A stretch of DNA of 64,000 bases, taken from contig JAQURX010000010.1 in assembly GCA_028715415.1 (NCBI GenBank), positions 3,668 to 67,667 of the forward strand, in the 5' to 3' direction. Position 1 is the stretch's first letter; each line of letters starts with the position of its first letter. This document shows, piece after piece, positions 9,633 to 20,572 of this stretch. The notes beneath the pieces were generated by a model, which searched no databases, was not told where the DNA came from, and saw only the letters and a program-made list of their open reading frames with translations. A program made the translations under genes and the position numbers. The stretch comes from Candidatus Omnitrophota bacterium. Its GTDB lineage: Bacteria > Omnitrophota > Gorgyraeia > Gygaellales > Profunditerraquicolaceae.

Positions 9633-9839
9633 GGCCACAACTTATGGAACGAGCGAAGCGAAGTGAACATAAGTTGTCTGGCCGAATTAATACCGCCGAG
9701 TGTGCAAAAATTATGGAACAGAATTTTTGCACTTCTTACGAGGCGGTATAAACTATATTGTAAGCCAGTGGGTCCTGCCGCCGAGCCACCCCGCCGTGCT
9801 CCCCCACTGCGCTTAGGCGGGGTGCCCCGTCTCGGCGTC
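9633..9839. ncRNA. GC-rich three-hairpin structured element (candidate ncRNA; identity and strand unknown)
   Basis: Hairpin A 9633-9683 (14-bp stem GGCCACAACTTATG/CATAAGTTGTctGGCC), hairpin B 9691-9748 (TACCGCC..GGCGGTA with inner GTGCAAAAATT/AATTTTTGCAC), hairpin C 9782-9839 (GCCGAG-CCACCCCGCC...GGCGGGGTG-CTCGGC). GC content far above the flanking DNA. Loops A and B share TTATGGAAC. Confidence 0.4.
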
Positions 9840-9871
9840 ACCCACTAAGCATATTTAATCATTAAAATCAT

Positions 9872-9899
9872 TTGAAATATCATTTAAATACTATATAAT
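9872..9899 (+). promoter_or_regulatory. Sigma70-like promoter TTGAAA-16 nt-TATAAT for the CDF transporter gene
   Basis: TTGAAA 9872-9877, TATAAT 9894-9899, ATG at 9907; very short leader without SD. Confidence 0.45.
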
Positions 9900-9906
9900 T
9901 ACTAAC

Positions 9907-10785
9907 ATGAACCCTCAAATTAACCTTCATTACGCATCAATCAGGCGAGTCCTTGTTTTTGTTTTGATTCTTAACTGGGCTGTCGCTTTTGCTAAGATTA
10001 TCTACGGCTATCTTACTTCCTGCGTTAGCATGACTGCAGACGGCTTCCATTCATTATCAGACGGAGCTTCTAATATCATCGGGATTATCGGTATTCAATT
10101 CGCCTGCCAGCCGCAAGATAAAGACCATCCCTACGGACATAAAAAATATGAAACTTTCTTTTCTTTGGGTATTTCCATGCTTTTATTCCTGCTTTCATTC
10201 AACCTGATAAAAGAAGGTATTGGCCGAATTAGCCATCCGGGGCTTCCAAGAATAGATGCATTGAGTTTCTCCGTCATGGTTCTTACCATGATAGTTAATA
10301 TCTGGGTTATGTGTTATGAAAAAAATAAAGGCAAAGAGTTACGCAGCGATATACTTATTTCGGATGCCTTACACACCAAAGCTGATATCTTCACTTCTTG
10401 CTCGGTAATCATAGCATTAATTGCAATTAAAATAGGCTATCCCATCCTTGACCCGATTATCACAATCCTAATTGCCTTATTTATTGCTTTTTCAGGATTT
10501 GAAATTGTTAAAGAGAGCTCCCGCGTTCTTTGCGATACAGCTGCAATTCTGGATGTAAAAAAGATTGAGGATATTGTTTTAAAGATAGACGGAGTTAAAG
10601 CTTGCCATAAAATACGTTCACGTGGAAGAGCGGATGATATTCACGTAGATTTACATGCACAGGTAAACCCTTCTATGCAGATGTCTGAATCACATAGGAT
10701 AAGTTTTGAAATTGAAGGCGCTATTAAGAAGGAAATCCCGGAAATTACCGATGTAGTTGTGCATATGGAACCCCTCAAAGGCTAA
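9907..10785 (+). CDS. Cation diffusion facilitator (CDF) family metal efflux transporter
   Basis: 292 aa, six TM helices with HSLSDG motif in TM2 and H/D-rich loops, C-terminal cytoplasmic domain. Confidence 0.85.
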   Translation: MNPQINLHYASIRRVLVFVLILNWAVAFAKIIYGYLTSCVSMTADGFHSLSDGASNIIGIIGIQFACQPQDKDHPYGHKKYETFFSLGISMLLFLLSFNLIKEGIGRISHPGLPRIDALSFSVMVLTMIVNIWVMCYEKNKGKELRSDILISDALHTKADIFTSCSVIIALIAIKIGYPILDPIITILIALFIAFSGFEIVKESSRVLCDTAAILDVKKIEDIVLKIDGVKACHKIRSRGRADDIHVDLHAQVNPSMQMSESHRISFEIEGAIKKEIPEITDVVVHMEPLKG

Positions 10786-10786
10786 T

Positions 10787-11929
10787 TTAAAGCCCTTTTA
10801 GCACAAACCAAAATCCAATACTAGAGATTACTCCCATCACCCCGCCGAAATAAAATGGAGCCTGGGCCCCAAGATATTTCCAAAGGATACCTGCAAATAT
10901 TGACGCAGGCAGCAAGGCAACCCCAACTAAAGTAGCATGCAAGCCAATCACTGTAGCACGCAGATTAGCAGGCGCAATGTCAGTAAGCAATGCTTTCTCT
11001 ACTCCTTCAGTAAAACCGATATACAAACCGTATACCGCAAATAAAGACCAGAGCGTATGAATCGAATTATTCATAGCAAAACCAAAATAAACAATGCCGT
11101 ACAAAAAATATCCTGCGACCAATATTTTTTTTCTCCCAATCTTATCCGACAATCGCGAAGCAGGATACGCAACTAAACCATAAACAATATTATAAGCAAG
11201 ATAAAGAAGGATGACGTGTGTAATTGTGCTGCCCATATTCTTCGCCCGTAGTAGTAAAAACTGGTTTGAAGAGTTCCCCAAAGTAAAAACAAATGAAAGT
11301 ATCAGAAATAATTTCAGCTTTTTATCCAAAGCATTCCATTTAAATTCAAGTTTCTTCTGTCCGGTAACTACCACAGATTTTTTTTCTCTTACAAAGAACA
11401 AAAAGAAAATTCCAAAGAAAGCGGGAATCAAAGAAAACAAAAATATGCTTCTTAGGTTTCCTTTGAATCTTGTTACCAGGTAATATGTCAAAGTAACACC
11501 GATAATAGCTCCAAAAGTATCCATTGCCCGGTGAAGGCCAAAGGCTTGCCCGCGTTTTGTCGCAATTGAACTATCCGCGATAAGCGCATCCCGGGGAGCA
11601 GTACGCACCCCTTTTCCAAATCTATCTATTAACCGAGCAGCTAAAACCCCTCCCCAGCTTGTTGATAAAAATAAAAATATTTTCCCTATTGTTGAACAAG
11701 AATAACCAAATATGGTAAAGGGTTTTCTTAGTTTTATCTTATCGGAGAAATAACCTGAGAATACCTTAAGCAGGCTTGCCAAACTCTCCGCTAAACCTTC
11801 AATAAAACCAAGTATTGCCGGGCTTGCACCGAGAGTTGTAACCAAAAACACTGGCAAAATAGGATAAACCATCTCGGTTGAGATGTCCGTGAGTAAACTC
11901 GTTATCCCCAATAAAAAAATATTAAACAT
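10787..11929 (-). CDS. MFS transporter
   Basis: 380 aa, 12 predicted TM segments, MFS-type loop between TM2 and TM3 (GxLaDRxGrk-like: LIDRFGKG). Confidence 0.7.
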   Translation of the reverse strand: MFNIFLLGITSLLTDISTEMVYPILPVFLVTTLGASPAILGFIEGLAESLASLLKVFSGYFSDKIKLRKPFTIFGYSCSTIGKIFLFLSTSWGGVLAARLIDRFGKGVRTAPRDALIADSSIATKRGQAFGLHRAMDTFGAIIGVTLTYYLVTRFKGNLRSIFLFSLIPAFFGIFFLFFVREKKSVVVTGQKKLEFKWNALDKKLKLFLILSFVFTLGNSSNQFLLLRAKNMGSTITHVILLYLAYNIVYGLVAYPASRLSDKIGRKKILVAGYFLYGIVYFGFAMNNSIHTLWSLFAVYGLYIGFTEGVEKALLTDIAPANLRATVIGLHATLVGVALLPASIFAGILWKYLGAQAPFYFGGVMGVISSIGFWFVLKGL

Positions 11930-11937
11930 ACTTTTAT

Positions 11938-12426
11938 TTACTGAAGAAATTGCAGCGGGTCCTGAGGGATACCGTCTTTTCTTACCTCAAAATGCAGATG
12001 CGGGAGGATGTCTCTATAATTGGCATTCCCTGTTTTCCCAACCTTTCCTATAACTTGCCCTTGCCGAATAAACTGCCCTTTAAAAACAAGTATTTCTGAA
12101 AGGTGGCCATATATTGTAGTAATATTCCCTCGGTGACGGATTACAACATATTTACCCATTCCGCGATTTTGCTTCGCAGAAACAACTCTCCCCCAACGGC
12201 TGGAGAAAATAGGAGTACCTACTTCTGCCAAAAGATCAATCCCGTTATGCAACCTATTTCCGCTGCGGTTTGCGGCAAAATGTCCTTCTCCGTGGTTGTC
12301 ACAACGGATAACAATGCCATTCTCATATTTAATAGGACAAACAAAATTACTGCTGCCCAGAAAATAAACGGTTGCTAAAAGATAAATTGGCAAAATAATA
12401 ACTAATATAAGTAATATTTTTTTCAT
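11938..12426 (-). CDS. M23 family metallopeptidase (LytM domain)
   Basis: HxxxD...HxH-type motifs (LHNGIDL; HLHFEV), signal/TM at the N-terminus. Likely start ATG at 12426, overlapping the lnt stop as ATGA. Confidence 0.75.
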   Translation of the reverse strand: MKKILLILVIILPIYLLATVYFLGSSNFVCPIKYENGIVIRCDNHGEGHFAANRSGNRLHNGIDLLAEVGTPIFSSRWGRVVSAKQNRGMGKYVVIRHRGNITTIYGHLSEILVFKGQFIRQGQVIGKVGKTGNANYRDILPHLHFEVRKDGIPQDPLQFLQ

Positions 12427-13958
12427 GGTTTCTTTAAAATTATTATACCACATAGTGCAAGAAATAGGCAAACAGCGGGGAAAAAATCTCCAAAGCGGAC
12501 ATACAAACGCAAAGATTTAACGAGAGAATCAGTAATTCGTGTATCTACACCGCTAATAAATATGTCCTGACCATTTTTGTTATGTACAGTGGAAACTATT
12601 CTTCCATAAGGATCAATAAAAGCCGACACCCCGGTATTGGTTGAACGCACTAAAGCCACACGGTTTTCAACGGCTCTAAAAACGGAGGCTTGTAAATGCT
12701 GGTAAGGGGCAGAGGTCTCTTTATACCAGGCATCATTTGTAATATTAATTAAAAAGCTTGCGCCCTTTTTAACAAACTCTCTTGAGAGCTCGGGAAACAA
12801 ATCTTCAAAACAAATCAAAACTCCGAAATCTGTCGGCTTATTCTTAAGAAGCCTGAATAAAATAAACTCTTTTCCCTGCTTAATCTCCCCGATAGGAGCA
12901 ACGGTTTCTAAAAACGGGAATACGTCTTTTAAGGGGATATACTCACCAAAAGGAACACGGTGCAGTTTATCGTAAAACCCTATTACTTTCCCGTCAACAA
13001 TATAGGCGGCAGAATTAAAATAGTCTTCACCATCTTTTCTTACAGCCCCTACTACTAAAGGTACTTTATTATTTTGACTAATCAAGAGAGTCTCTTTAAG
13101 CACATCTTCATCCTCTCCTAAAACTCCCGGACAGGAAGCTTCTGGCCAGATAATTAAATCTGGTTTTTCTTTAGCAGCCTCTGAAGTTAATTTACTATAT
13201 GTTTCAAAAATATACCCTTGGGCAGAAACATCCCACTTTAACTCCTGGGGAATATTTGGTTGTACAACAGAAATCTTTATCGGCTCAAGAGTATTTATTC
13301 TAACATGAATAAATAAATGAAAAAATCCATACAATAAAGTTGAAACTAAAAATAACCCTAATATAACTGCTGTTATTTTTAATCTTGCCCAGAAGGCAGT
13401 TTTTATGGACCAGATTATTTCTACTAATCCCACGTTAACCATCATTACTAAAAATGAAACTCCCCAAACTCCAAAAATATCGGCAATCTGGATAACGGGG
13501 AGATTTAGATACTGCGAATATCCGAGAAGGGCCCAGGGAAAACCCGTTAAAGCATAACTGCGGATGTATTCAAGCAAAACCCAGATTGAAGAGATAAGTA
13601 TTAAGCCGTATGGTTTTGATTTTCTTGTGAAAGGCCGGATAAGCAGGCCAAAAAAAGCAAAATACAAGGATAGATATAGGACAAGGACAATTGTTCCCAA
13701 TAAAGTTACATGTACCAACCAATAGATTATTCCCGACCAGAAAATTATCCCGGTTAGAAGAAATAAAAGAAAGGCTTGTTTGTTGGTCTTATCTTTTAGA
13801 GAAAAAAATACAGGGACAAAAGCAAACCAGGCTAGAAAATACCAGTTAGTGCGGGGAAAAGAAAGAATTAACAATACAGCCGACAAAAGACATAAGAATA
13901 CGTCTTTTATCTTGAAACCTGAAACTTGAAACTTGGAACTTCTTACGCGCCGCAGCAT
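12423..13958 (-). CDS. lnt: Apolipoprotein N-acyltransferase
   Basis: 511 aa, N-terminal multi-TM domain plus C-terminal CN-hydrolase domain with the catalytic Cys context ([10 protein letters not shown]). Confidence 0.85.
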   Translation of the reverse strand: MLRRVRSSKFQVSGFKIKDVFLCLLSAVLLILSFPRTNWYFLAWFAFVPVFFSLKDKTNKQAFLLFLLTGIIFWSGIIYWLVHVTLLGTIVLVLYLSLYFAFFGLLIRPFTRKSKPYGLILISSIWVLLEYIRSYALTGFPWALLGYSQYLNLPVIQIADIFGVWGVSFLVMMVNVGLVEIIWSIKTAFWARLKITAVILGLFLVSTLLYGFFHLFIHVRINTLEPIKISVVQPNIPQELKWDVSAQGYIFETYSKLTSEAAKEKPDLIIWPEASCPGVLGEDEDVLKETLLISQNNKVPLVVGAVRKDGEDYFNSAAYIVDGKVIGFYDKLHRVPFGEYIPLKDVFPFLETVAPIGEIKQGKEFILFRLLKNKPTDFGVLICFEDLFPELSREFVKKGASFLINITNDAWYKETSAPYQHLQASVFRAVENRVALVRSTNTGVSAFIDPYGRIVSTVHNKNGQDIFISGVDTRITDSLVKSLRLYVRFGDFFPAVCLFLALCGIIILKKP

Positions 13959-16864
13959 TTCTTATATTTTTTTCCAGATCCGCACGGGCATGGATCATTA
14001 CGCCCAACTTTAGGTTGATTTGATTGAACTGGTTTTCTTGCAGGAGGAGCCTCATTAGTGCTTTCAACTTGCCCTTGCTGCTGGGCTCTTTGCGAAGAAT
14101 CAAACTTTTGCACCTCGGGGTGGGATAATTCCTGCGACACAGAACTAAATACTCCTCTCATCCTTTCTTGTCTGGGAGGCTGAAGCTTAAATATTAATTC
14201 TACCGATTCTTCTTCAATACCGGAAATCATCAGGCTGAACATTTCGTATGCTTCGCGTTTATATTCAACCAATGGATCACGCTGGCCATAAGCACGTAAC
14301 CCAATACCCTCTCTCAAATAATCCATTGCATACAAATGATCCTTCCATCTGCTGTCAATTATTTGCAAGAATACCATGCGTTCAAGATGGCGCATCAAAT
14401 CAGTGCCGATTGATTTTTCTTTTTCTTGATAGAGGGTTTCCAGGCTTTGGTACAATTCATCTTTAATTTCTTCATTGCCCTTGGTTTCCAATTTCTTCAC
14501 ATCAAATTCAACGCCAAACCTTAAACGTAAATCATCCGTTAATCCAACAATGTTTAGCTCTCCCGAATGGCTTAAATGAGAATTAAAAAGAGCTTCAACA
14601 ACTCCATTAAGTATATCTAATATCTCATCTTTTAAAGACGCTCCAGCTAAAATATCTTTACGCCTGCGGTAGATAATCTCTCTTTGCTTATTCATTACGT
14701 TATCATATTCCAACAGCTGTTTTCTTATTTCAAAATTATGCTGTTCAACGCGCCTTTGGGCAATTTCAATTGAACCGGTAACCCATGAATGTTCGATAAC
14801 CTGGCCATTCTCAAGCCCAAGTTTATCCATAAGCCCGGCAATCCTGTCAGAGCCGAATAAACGCATAAGTTCATCACCCAGAGAAACATAAAATCTTGAT
14901 GAACCCGGGTCTCCCTGTCGGCCGCTTCTTCCACGCAGCTGATTATCAATGCGCCGCGCCTCATGGCGTTCAGTCCCTAAAACATGCAGCCCACCAACTT
15001 CCACTACTTTTTTATGCTCAGCTTCAGTTTCTTTTTTGTATTTTTCCAAGAGAAGTTTATATTCTTCCTGATAATTAGGCTCATTGGGGCTTAATTTCTG
15101 CTTTAATAAATTCTTAGCCATAAATTCCGGATTTCCGCCTAAAAGAATATCGGTTCCGCGGCCAGCCATGTTTGTAGCAATTGTAACCTGCTTATATCGC
15201 CCGGCCTGTGCTACGATATGGGCTTCCATTTCGTGATATTTCGCATTTAAAACCTGATGCGCGATACCACGGCGCTTAAGCATCTCTGAAAGCATCTCTG
15301 ATTTTTCTATTGAAATCGTCCCAACAAGAACAGGCTTACCGACATTATAAAGTTCAACAATTTCTTCAACTACAGCTTCAAATTTCTCTTTTTCGGTTTT
15401 ATAAACCCTATCCGGGTAATTAGCGCGGATTAGTTTTTTATTGGTAGGTATTACTACAACGTCCAGATGATATATATTTTCAAATTCGGTTGATTCGGTA
15501 AAAGCAGTCCCGGTCATACCCGCTAATTTTTCATACATTCTAAAATAATTCTGAAAAGTAATCGTTGCGAGGGTCTGGTTTTCGCGTTCAATCTTAATCC
15601 CTTCTTTTGATTCAACCGCTTGATGCAAACCATCTGACCAGCGCCGTCCGGGCATGAGGCGGCCGGTAAACTCATCAACAATAACCACCTGCCCTTCTTT
15701 TACAACGTAATCAACATCACGCTCAAAAAATTCTTTTGCCCTTAGCGCCTGGATAGTGTGGTGCCTGAATTCTATTGTTTCAATGTTATGCAAACTCTCA
15801 ATACCCCAAAGCTTTGAAGCCTTGATTTCTCCTTCTTCTGTCAAAGCAACAGTCTGGGCTTTTTCATCAGCCTTATAATCATAACCCTTATCTAAATCCT
15901 CGCCTTTATACTTAGCGTTAATCTCATCCTTTTCGGTAACCCTTCTGCCTTTTAGCTGGTCGGCAATCCTTTTTGCGGTGGAATATTTATCAGTAGCCTC
16001 TTCGGCAGGGCCTGAAATGATTAAAGGAGTCCTTGCCTCATCAATCAAAATAGAATCAACTTCATCAACAATTGCAAAATAAAAAGGCCTCTGCACCAAA
16101 TCATTTAAATCATACTTCATGTTATCGCGCAGATAATCAAAACCGAATTCATTATTTGTCCCGTAGGTTATATCGCAATTATAAGCAAGCTTTCTTTCCT
16201 CATCAGACATATCATGCTGAATAACGCCAACGCTTAAACCGAAGAATTCATAAATTGGGCCCATCCACTCCCGGTCGCGCCGCGCAAGATAATCATTAAC
16301 TGTAACTATATGAACACCCTTGCCAAGCAAAGCGTTTAAGTAAGCAGGAAGCGTGGCTACAAGAGTCTTACCTTCTCCGGTAGACATTTCTGCAATACGC
16401 CCCTCATGTAATATAACTCCACCTGCAACCTGTGAATCAAAATGCCTAAGCCCGATAGTGCGTTTTGAAGCTTCCCGGACAACCGCGAAAGCCTTAGGCA
16501 AAATCTCCTCAAAGACTTTATTCCTTTCATTCCTTAATTTTTCTTTTGACTTCTCTTTATCTTCGGGAATTGCGGCGGAAAGTACGGATTCTTGCAACTC
16601 TATTATACGCTGCTCAATTTCTTTTGATTTTTGTTCAATGAAATTCTTAAATTCTAAAGTCGTAGCTTTTAATTCCTCATCGGAAAGAATACTTATTTTC
16701 TGCTCCCAGGAATTAACCTGATCCACAATTTTTGCAACCTCAACCATCTTATCCATTGAAGGGCTCGGCATATCCGGATGAAGCACTATCTTTACCGAAG
16801 GATACCTTTTGGTTATTACAGCTTGTTTTTGTTTAAGAATAGTATTTCTGATTAATCTTAGCAT
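13943..16864 (-). CDS. secA: Preprotein translocase ATPase SecA
   Basis: 973 aa, DEAD-like motor motifs, C-terminal zinc finger [15 protein letters not shown]. Confidence 0.95.
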   Translation of the reverse strand: MLRLIRNTILKQKQAVITKRYPSVKIVLHPDMPSPSMDKMVEVAKIVDQVNSWEQKISILSDEELKATTLEFKNFIEQKSKEIEQRIIELQESVLSAAIPEDKEKSKEKLRNERNKVFEEILPKAFAVVREASKRTIGLRHFDSQVAGGVILHEGRIAEMSTGEGKTLVATLPAYLNALLGKGVHIVTVNDYLARRDREWMGPIYEFFGLSVGVIQHDMSDEERKLAYNCDITYGTNNEFGFDYLRDNMKYDLNDLVQRPFYFAIVDEVDSILIDEARTPLIISGPAEEATDKYSTAKRIADQLKGRRVTEKDEINAKYKGEDLDKGYDYKADEKAQTVALTEEGEIKASKLWGIESLHNIETIEFRHHTIQALRAKEFFERDVDYVVKEGQVVIVDEFTGRLMPGRRWSDGLHQAVESKEGIKIERENQTLATITFQNYFRMYEKLAGMTGTAFTESTEFENIYHLDVVVIPTNKKLIRANYPDRVYKTEKEKFEAVVEEIVELYNVGKPVLVGTISIEKSEMLSEMLKRRGIAHQVLNAKYHEMEAHIVAQAGRYKQVTIATNMAGRGTDILLGGNPEFMAKNLLKQKLSPNEPNYQEEYKLLLEKYKKETEAEHKKVVEVGGLHVLGTERHEARRIDNQLRGRSGRQGDPGSSRFYVSLGDELMRLFGSDRIAGLMDKLGLENGQVIEHSWVTGSIEIAQRRVEQHNFEIRKQLLEYDNVMNKQREIIYRRRKDILAGASLKDEILDILNGVVEALFNSHLSHSGELNIVGLTDDLRLRFGVEFDVKKLETKGNEEIKDELYQSLETLYQEKEKSIGTDLMRHLERMVFLQIIDSRWKDHLYAMDYLREGIGLRAYGQRDPLVEYKREAYEMFSLMISGIEEESVELIFKLQPPRQERMRGVFSSVSQELSHPEVQKFDSSQRAQQQGQVESTNEAPPARKPVQSNQPKVGRNDPCPCGSGKKYKKCCGA

Positions 16865-16868
16865 TTTT

Positions 16869-17973
16869 TTACCTTAAAGTTTTTTGCATTTTTAAATACG
16901 CTTCAATAAATTCATCTATGCCGCCGTCTAACACTTTGTTGCCATCCCCTGTCTCAAAATCCGTACGATGGTCTTTTACCATAGTATAAGGATGCAATAC
17001 GTAAGAACGAATCTGGCTGCCCCATTCTATTCTTTTCTTAAGAGCGCCATACTGCTTTTGCAACTCTTCTTCTTTCTTCTGCCTCTCCTGCTCATAAATG
17101 CGTGCTTTTAAAATTTTTAAGGCAGTTTGTTTATTTTGATGCTGGGAGCGCTCATTCTGGCATTGCGCAACAATACCAGTTGGAATATGTGTAATTCTAA
17201 CGGCTGAATCCGTAGTATTAACGCTCTGTCCGCCGGCACCCTTTGACCGATACACATCAATACGTAAATCAGTTTCTACCAATTTTATATCTATCCCTTC
17301 CTCTACTTCGGGGATAACATCTACTGAAGCAAAAGAAGTGTGCCTTCTCTTATTTGCGTCAAACGGAGAAATCCGCACAAGCCTATGCACGCCGCGCTCG
17401 GCCTTAAGATAACCATAGGCGTATTCTCCTTCAATTAAAAATGTAATATTTTTAATACCGGCTTCTTCGCCATGAAGGATATCTATTGTCCTGACACTAT
17501 AGCCGTGCCTTTCGGCAAAACGGCTGTACATCCGGCTAAGCATATTTACCCAGTCACATGCTTCTGTGCCGCCCGCTCCGGCATTGATACTTAAAATTGC
17601 ATTACTTATATCAAATTCTTCCCCCAAAAGAACATTAAATTCCATTTTATCAAGCTCTTTTGAAAGAATCTCTATATTATTATTTATATCGGAGATTAAT
17701 TCCTGGTCTTCAGAGTTAAGGATTCCGGTAAGCTCTTGTAACTCATGGAATTTCTTTGAGGCTATCTCCCATGGTTCAACGCTAAACTTTAAAACTTTAA
17801 GTTGTTTTACTACCTTGTTTGCTGAATCCTGATTATCCCAGAAACCGGGCTGCACCATCCGGTTTGATAATTCTTCAATCTGTTTCTTTTTATTTTCAAT
17901 GTCAAAGATAACCTCTTAAACTCTGCAAATGGGTATCTATCGATTTAATTTTTGATTTTATCTCTTCTAACAT
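16869..17973 (-). CDS. prfB: Peptide chain release factor 2, with programmed +1 ribosomal frameshift
   Basis: Frame 0: [23 protein letters not shown] then TGA (AGAGGT TAT CTT TGA C, complement of 17901-17917), the canonical RF2 SD-like/CUU UGA C recoding site. The +1 frame continues [23 protein letters not shown]... into the 329-aa ORF carrying SPF and GGQ motifs. Confidence 0.9.
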
Positions 17974-17988
17974 TATGCCTCCAAAGTT

Positions 17989-19074
17989 TTAAGTCTTTCT
18001 AATTCCTTTTAGAGCTAGGACAAACTCATCCTTATTATCCGCGGTCTTCATCGCATCTTCTTCGCTGATTTTCCCTTCCCTTACCAATTTAATTAGCGAC
18101 TGATTGAATGACTGCATCCCGTAAACAGCGCCTTCCTCAATATACTGGGGAATCTCCCAGACTTTTCCTTCCCTGATCAAGCGGCTTATCGTCGGGGTCA
18201 AAAGCATAACTTCGTAAGCTGGAATACGCCCTATCCCATCTTTAGCAGGGACAAGCCTTAACGAAATTACACCCTTTAACAATTGAGCAAGTTGATTTCT
18301 CATTTCCTGATGCTGGTGAGGCTGGAAAAAATTAATAATTCTTTCTACGCTTTGAGAAGCATTCACGGTGTGCAAAGTGCTTAAGACCAATACCCCAGTT
18401 TCTGCGGCATTCATCCCAGCAAACATAGTTTCATAATCTCTGATATTACTGATGTACATAACATCGGGGCTTTGCAAAGTAAAAGCGCGAAGGGCTACCG
18501 CATATGACTCAACATCAAGGCTAATCTCTCTCTGGTTAATTATTGATTTCTTGTCTTTAAAAGTAAATTCTATCGGCTCTTCAACAGTTAAAACATGTTT
18601 AAAAGCATTGACGTTAATGTATTCAATCATACTTGCAATCGTCGTAGATTTGCCGCTTCCCATGCTTCCCGTTAAAAGAACCAAACCACGGGACTCCATA
18701 GACAATTTTCTTAAAACTTCAAACGGAAGGTTTAATTCTTCAAATGATTTTATTGAATTATTTATGTTTCTTACAACGATTGAAGGCCAGTTTCTCTGCA
18801 TAAATATATCAACACGGAACCTGCGGTCAAATTCCGGCAAGTAGATTGCAAAATCAATATCCAGCTTTCTCTTGAATCTTTCTCTCTGTTCAGGGGTAGT
18901 CAACTCTTCTACGGCCCTCATTACATCGTCAACGCTAAGAATAGTATTCTCAATTATCTCAACCCTTGCATCAACTCTGATGCGGGGGCTTCCTCCTGCG
19001 CGAAAGAAGATATCAGAACCATTGCGCTCTACCATTATTTTTAGTAATTCTTTTATTTTCATTTTTTCCTCCAA
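17989..19074 (-). CDS. pilT: PilT-family twitching-motility ATPase
   Basis: 361 aa, Walker A GSMGSGKST, PilT/PilU family architecture; no pilB/pilC nearby. Confidence 0.75.
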   Translation of the reverse strand: MEEKMKIKELLKIMVERNGSDIFFRAGGSPRIRVDARVEIIENTILSVDDVMRAVEELTTPEQRERFKRKLDIDFAIYLPEFDRRFRVDIFMQRNWPSIVVRNINNSIKSFEELNLPFEVLRKLSMESRGLVLLTGSMGSGKSTTIASMIEYINVNAFKHVLTVEEPIEFTFKDKKSIINQREISLDVESYAVALRAFTLQSPDVMYISNIRDYETMFAGMNAAETGVLVLSTLHTVNASQSVERIINFFQPHQHQEMRNQLAQLLKGVISLRLVPAKDGIGRIPAYEVMLLTPTISRLIREGKVWEIPQYIEEGAVYGMQSFNQSLIKLVREGKISEEDAMKTADNKDEFVLALKGIRKT

Positions 19075-19081
19075 AGGGACA

Positions 19082-20572
19082 TTATACCACTTTCCTTATT
19101 TTTTCCGTAACATTAAATTGCATGTATTTTGCCATCATAAGCCTCGTCTGAGCATCTAAAGCAGGAGTTGAGCCTAAAATTATAATAATAATCGGCACCA
19201 GCGCCCATTCTATAACCATTATGATATTCTTAGTCCAGCTTATTTCTTTTGGCCTTGGCGGAAGCGTAGTCCTACTTAATACTATCCAGGCAAGGCTGGT
19301 TGCAAGAGTAAAGTTCAAAAGAAGCCCGGTTATCTTTGGAAGATTATAACCGATTGCCATCTGGCTAAAGAATTTTCCTCCCAATAAAAGAGGTAAAGGC
19401 GCTATAAGTATAAGAACAATTGCCCAGATTGCCCAGGTAACATGGCCTTCTAAAAGGTGAAACGACCTTCTTATCTTTTTCATTAAAGGCATTTCCCTAT
19501 CTTTAATAAAACCCATAACAACAAATGGGAAATTCTCAACTCCCCACGCCCATCTTCTTTTCTGCTTATATTGAATCATAATCGTCTTAAAGAAACTATT
19601 GGAATAAGCCACATCCATGGAAACAGTCAAATAAAGCGGGACGACATGGTAATTTCCCTTATAAAAAAGAAATGCCTTCCAATAGATTACAGAATCATCG
19701 CTTATCATATCGACCGGCCAGTAATCGATATCGACCAAAGTCTTAAAACTCATGCTATGGCTGGAAAAAGTTACAAATTTCTCAAGGCGCATACTTTCAA
19801 TAAGCTGAGAGAATGAAGAGCTGATTTCAACTAAACGCGCGAAAGAAGGCGCTTGCCAAATATTATTGTTGTAAACCGGCATCGGCTGATAACTTGCCTG
19901 ATGGGGGAGCGGATTAGTAAGAAAATGATATGTTAAGCAACCAAAGTATTCTTTTTCAACACAGGTATCCGCGTCAAAACAGGAAACTATGACAAATTCA
20001 TCTTTAATGCCTTTTGTGTTTAAAAACATTTTGGCATGTTTCGCCGCCCATGTAGCGTTTGCCCCTTTTGTACGGGTTTCTCCAGGGATACCATCGGGAT
20101 GGCTTGTAGAAATCAAAGCAAAAAAGTGTTTTTTGAATTCGTGTTCTAAGATATCAGCGTTAACCTTTGAATCTTTGTTGCGTTCTTCAAAAGCCAAAAC
20201 CACAATCATTTTATCCAAGGGATAATTGGAATTCTTTAATGCTTCCAGGGAGGTACGTAATATTTCCGGGGTCTCTTTGTAAATAGGAAAAATTACCAAA
20301 TGGTACATTTTCTCCCATTTTTTGTCCTTGGTCAATTGCTGGCAAGGCTTGAGCCAATTCTTGTCTTTTTCCACTCTTAGCTTACGGTAAGCCATAAGCA
20401 AGAGAGTGGTAAGATAAGATGTGCGGATGATCCAATAGAAATCAAATACAATAATAGATATAGCACAGGCAACCGGCTTAAAAACAGCCAGGAAAAGAAA
20501 AAACACAATAATACTCCACGATAAAGCTCCGGGGATAATTTCCAATATTCTTTTTGTCCTATCAACTTCCAT
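19082..20572 (-). CDS. Membrane-embedded processive family-2 glycosyltransferase (cellulose/chitin/hyaluronan-synthase-like)
   Basis: 496 aa, N- and C-terminal TM clusters, DxD-like (CFDADT) and Q(Q/R)xRW motif (QYKQKRRWAWG). Confidence 0.65.
   Translation of the reverse strand: MEVDRTKRILEIIPGALSWSIIVFFLFLAVFKPVACAISIIVFDFYWIIRTSYLTTLLLMAYRKLRVEKDKNWLKPCQQLTKDKKWEKMYHLVIFPIYKETPEILRTSLEALKNSNYPLDKMIVVLAFEERNKDSKVNADILEHEFKKHFFALISTSHPDGIPGETRTKGANATWAAKHAKMFLNTKGIKDEFVIVSCFDADTCVEKEYFGCLTYHFLTNPLPHQASYQPMPVYNNNIWQAPSFARLVEISSSFSQLIESMRLEKFVTFSSHSMSFKTLVDIDYWPVDMISDDSVIYWKAFLFYKGNYHVVPLYLTVSMDVAYSNSFFKTIMIQYKQKRRWAWGVENFPFVVMGFIKDREMPLMKKIRRSFHLLEGHVTWAIWAIVLILIAPLPLLLGGKFFSQMAIGYNLPKITGLLLNFTLATSLAWIVLSRTTLPPRPKEISWTKNIIMVIEWALVPIIIIILGSTPALDAQTRLMMAKYMQFNVTEKIRKVV

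Noticed and set aside
9633-9839. Assigning the GC-rich element to tmRNA, RNase P RNA, SRP RNA or 6S RNA
   Set aside because: No match to the conserved cores I can recall (tmRNA tag ORF / CCA-proximal T-arm, RNase P GGAAAGUCCGG / P4, SRP domain IV GGAAGCAGCC, 6S central bubble). Left as unclassified.
9626-9848. Two overlapping small ORFs (71 aa minus, 61 aa plus) in the GC-rich island
   Set aside because: Both are Arg/Pro/Gly-rich translations of a GC-rich hairpin region on opposite strands, with no RBS; an RNA element is the simpler explanation.
13911-13945. CRISPR-like or phase-variation repeat array
   Set aside because: Only 4-5 degenerate 7-nt units inside a coding overlap, with no spacers or cas genes. 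Recorded as a minor SSR only.
13846-14103. 85-aa ORF overlapping the secA 3' end and lnt start, plus many 60-180 aa antisense ORFs inside secA, leuS, the giant gene, KS genes etc.
   Set aside because: All are nested antisense or out-of-frame within strongly supported long genes and show low-complexity composition: treated as non-coding.
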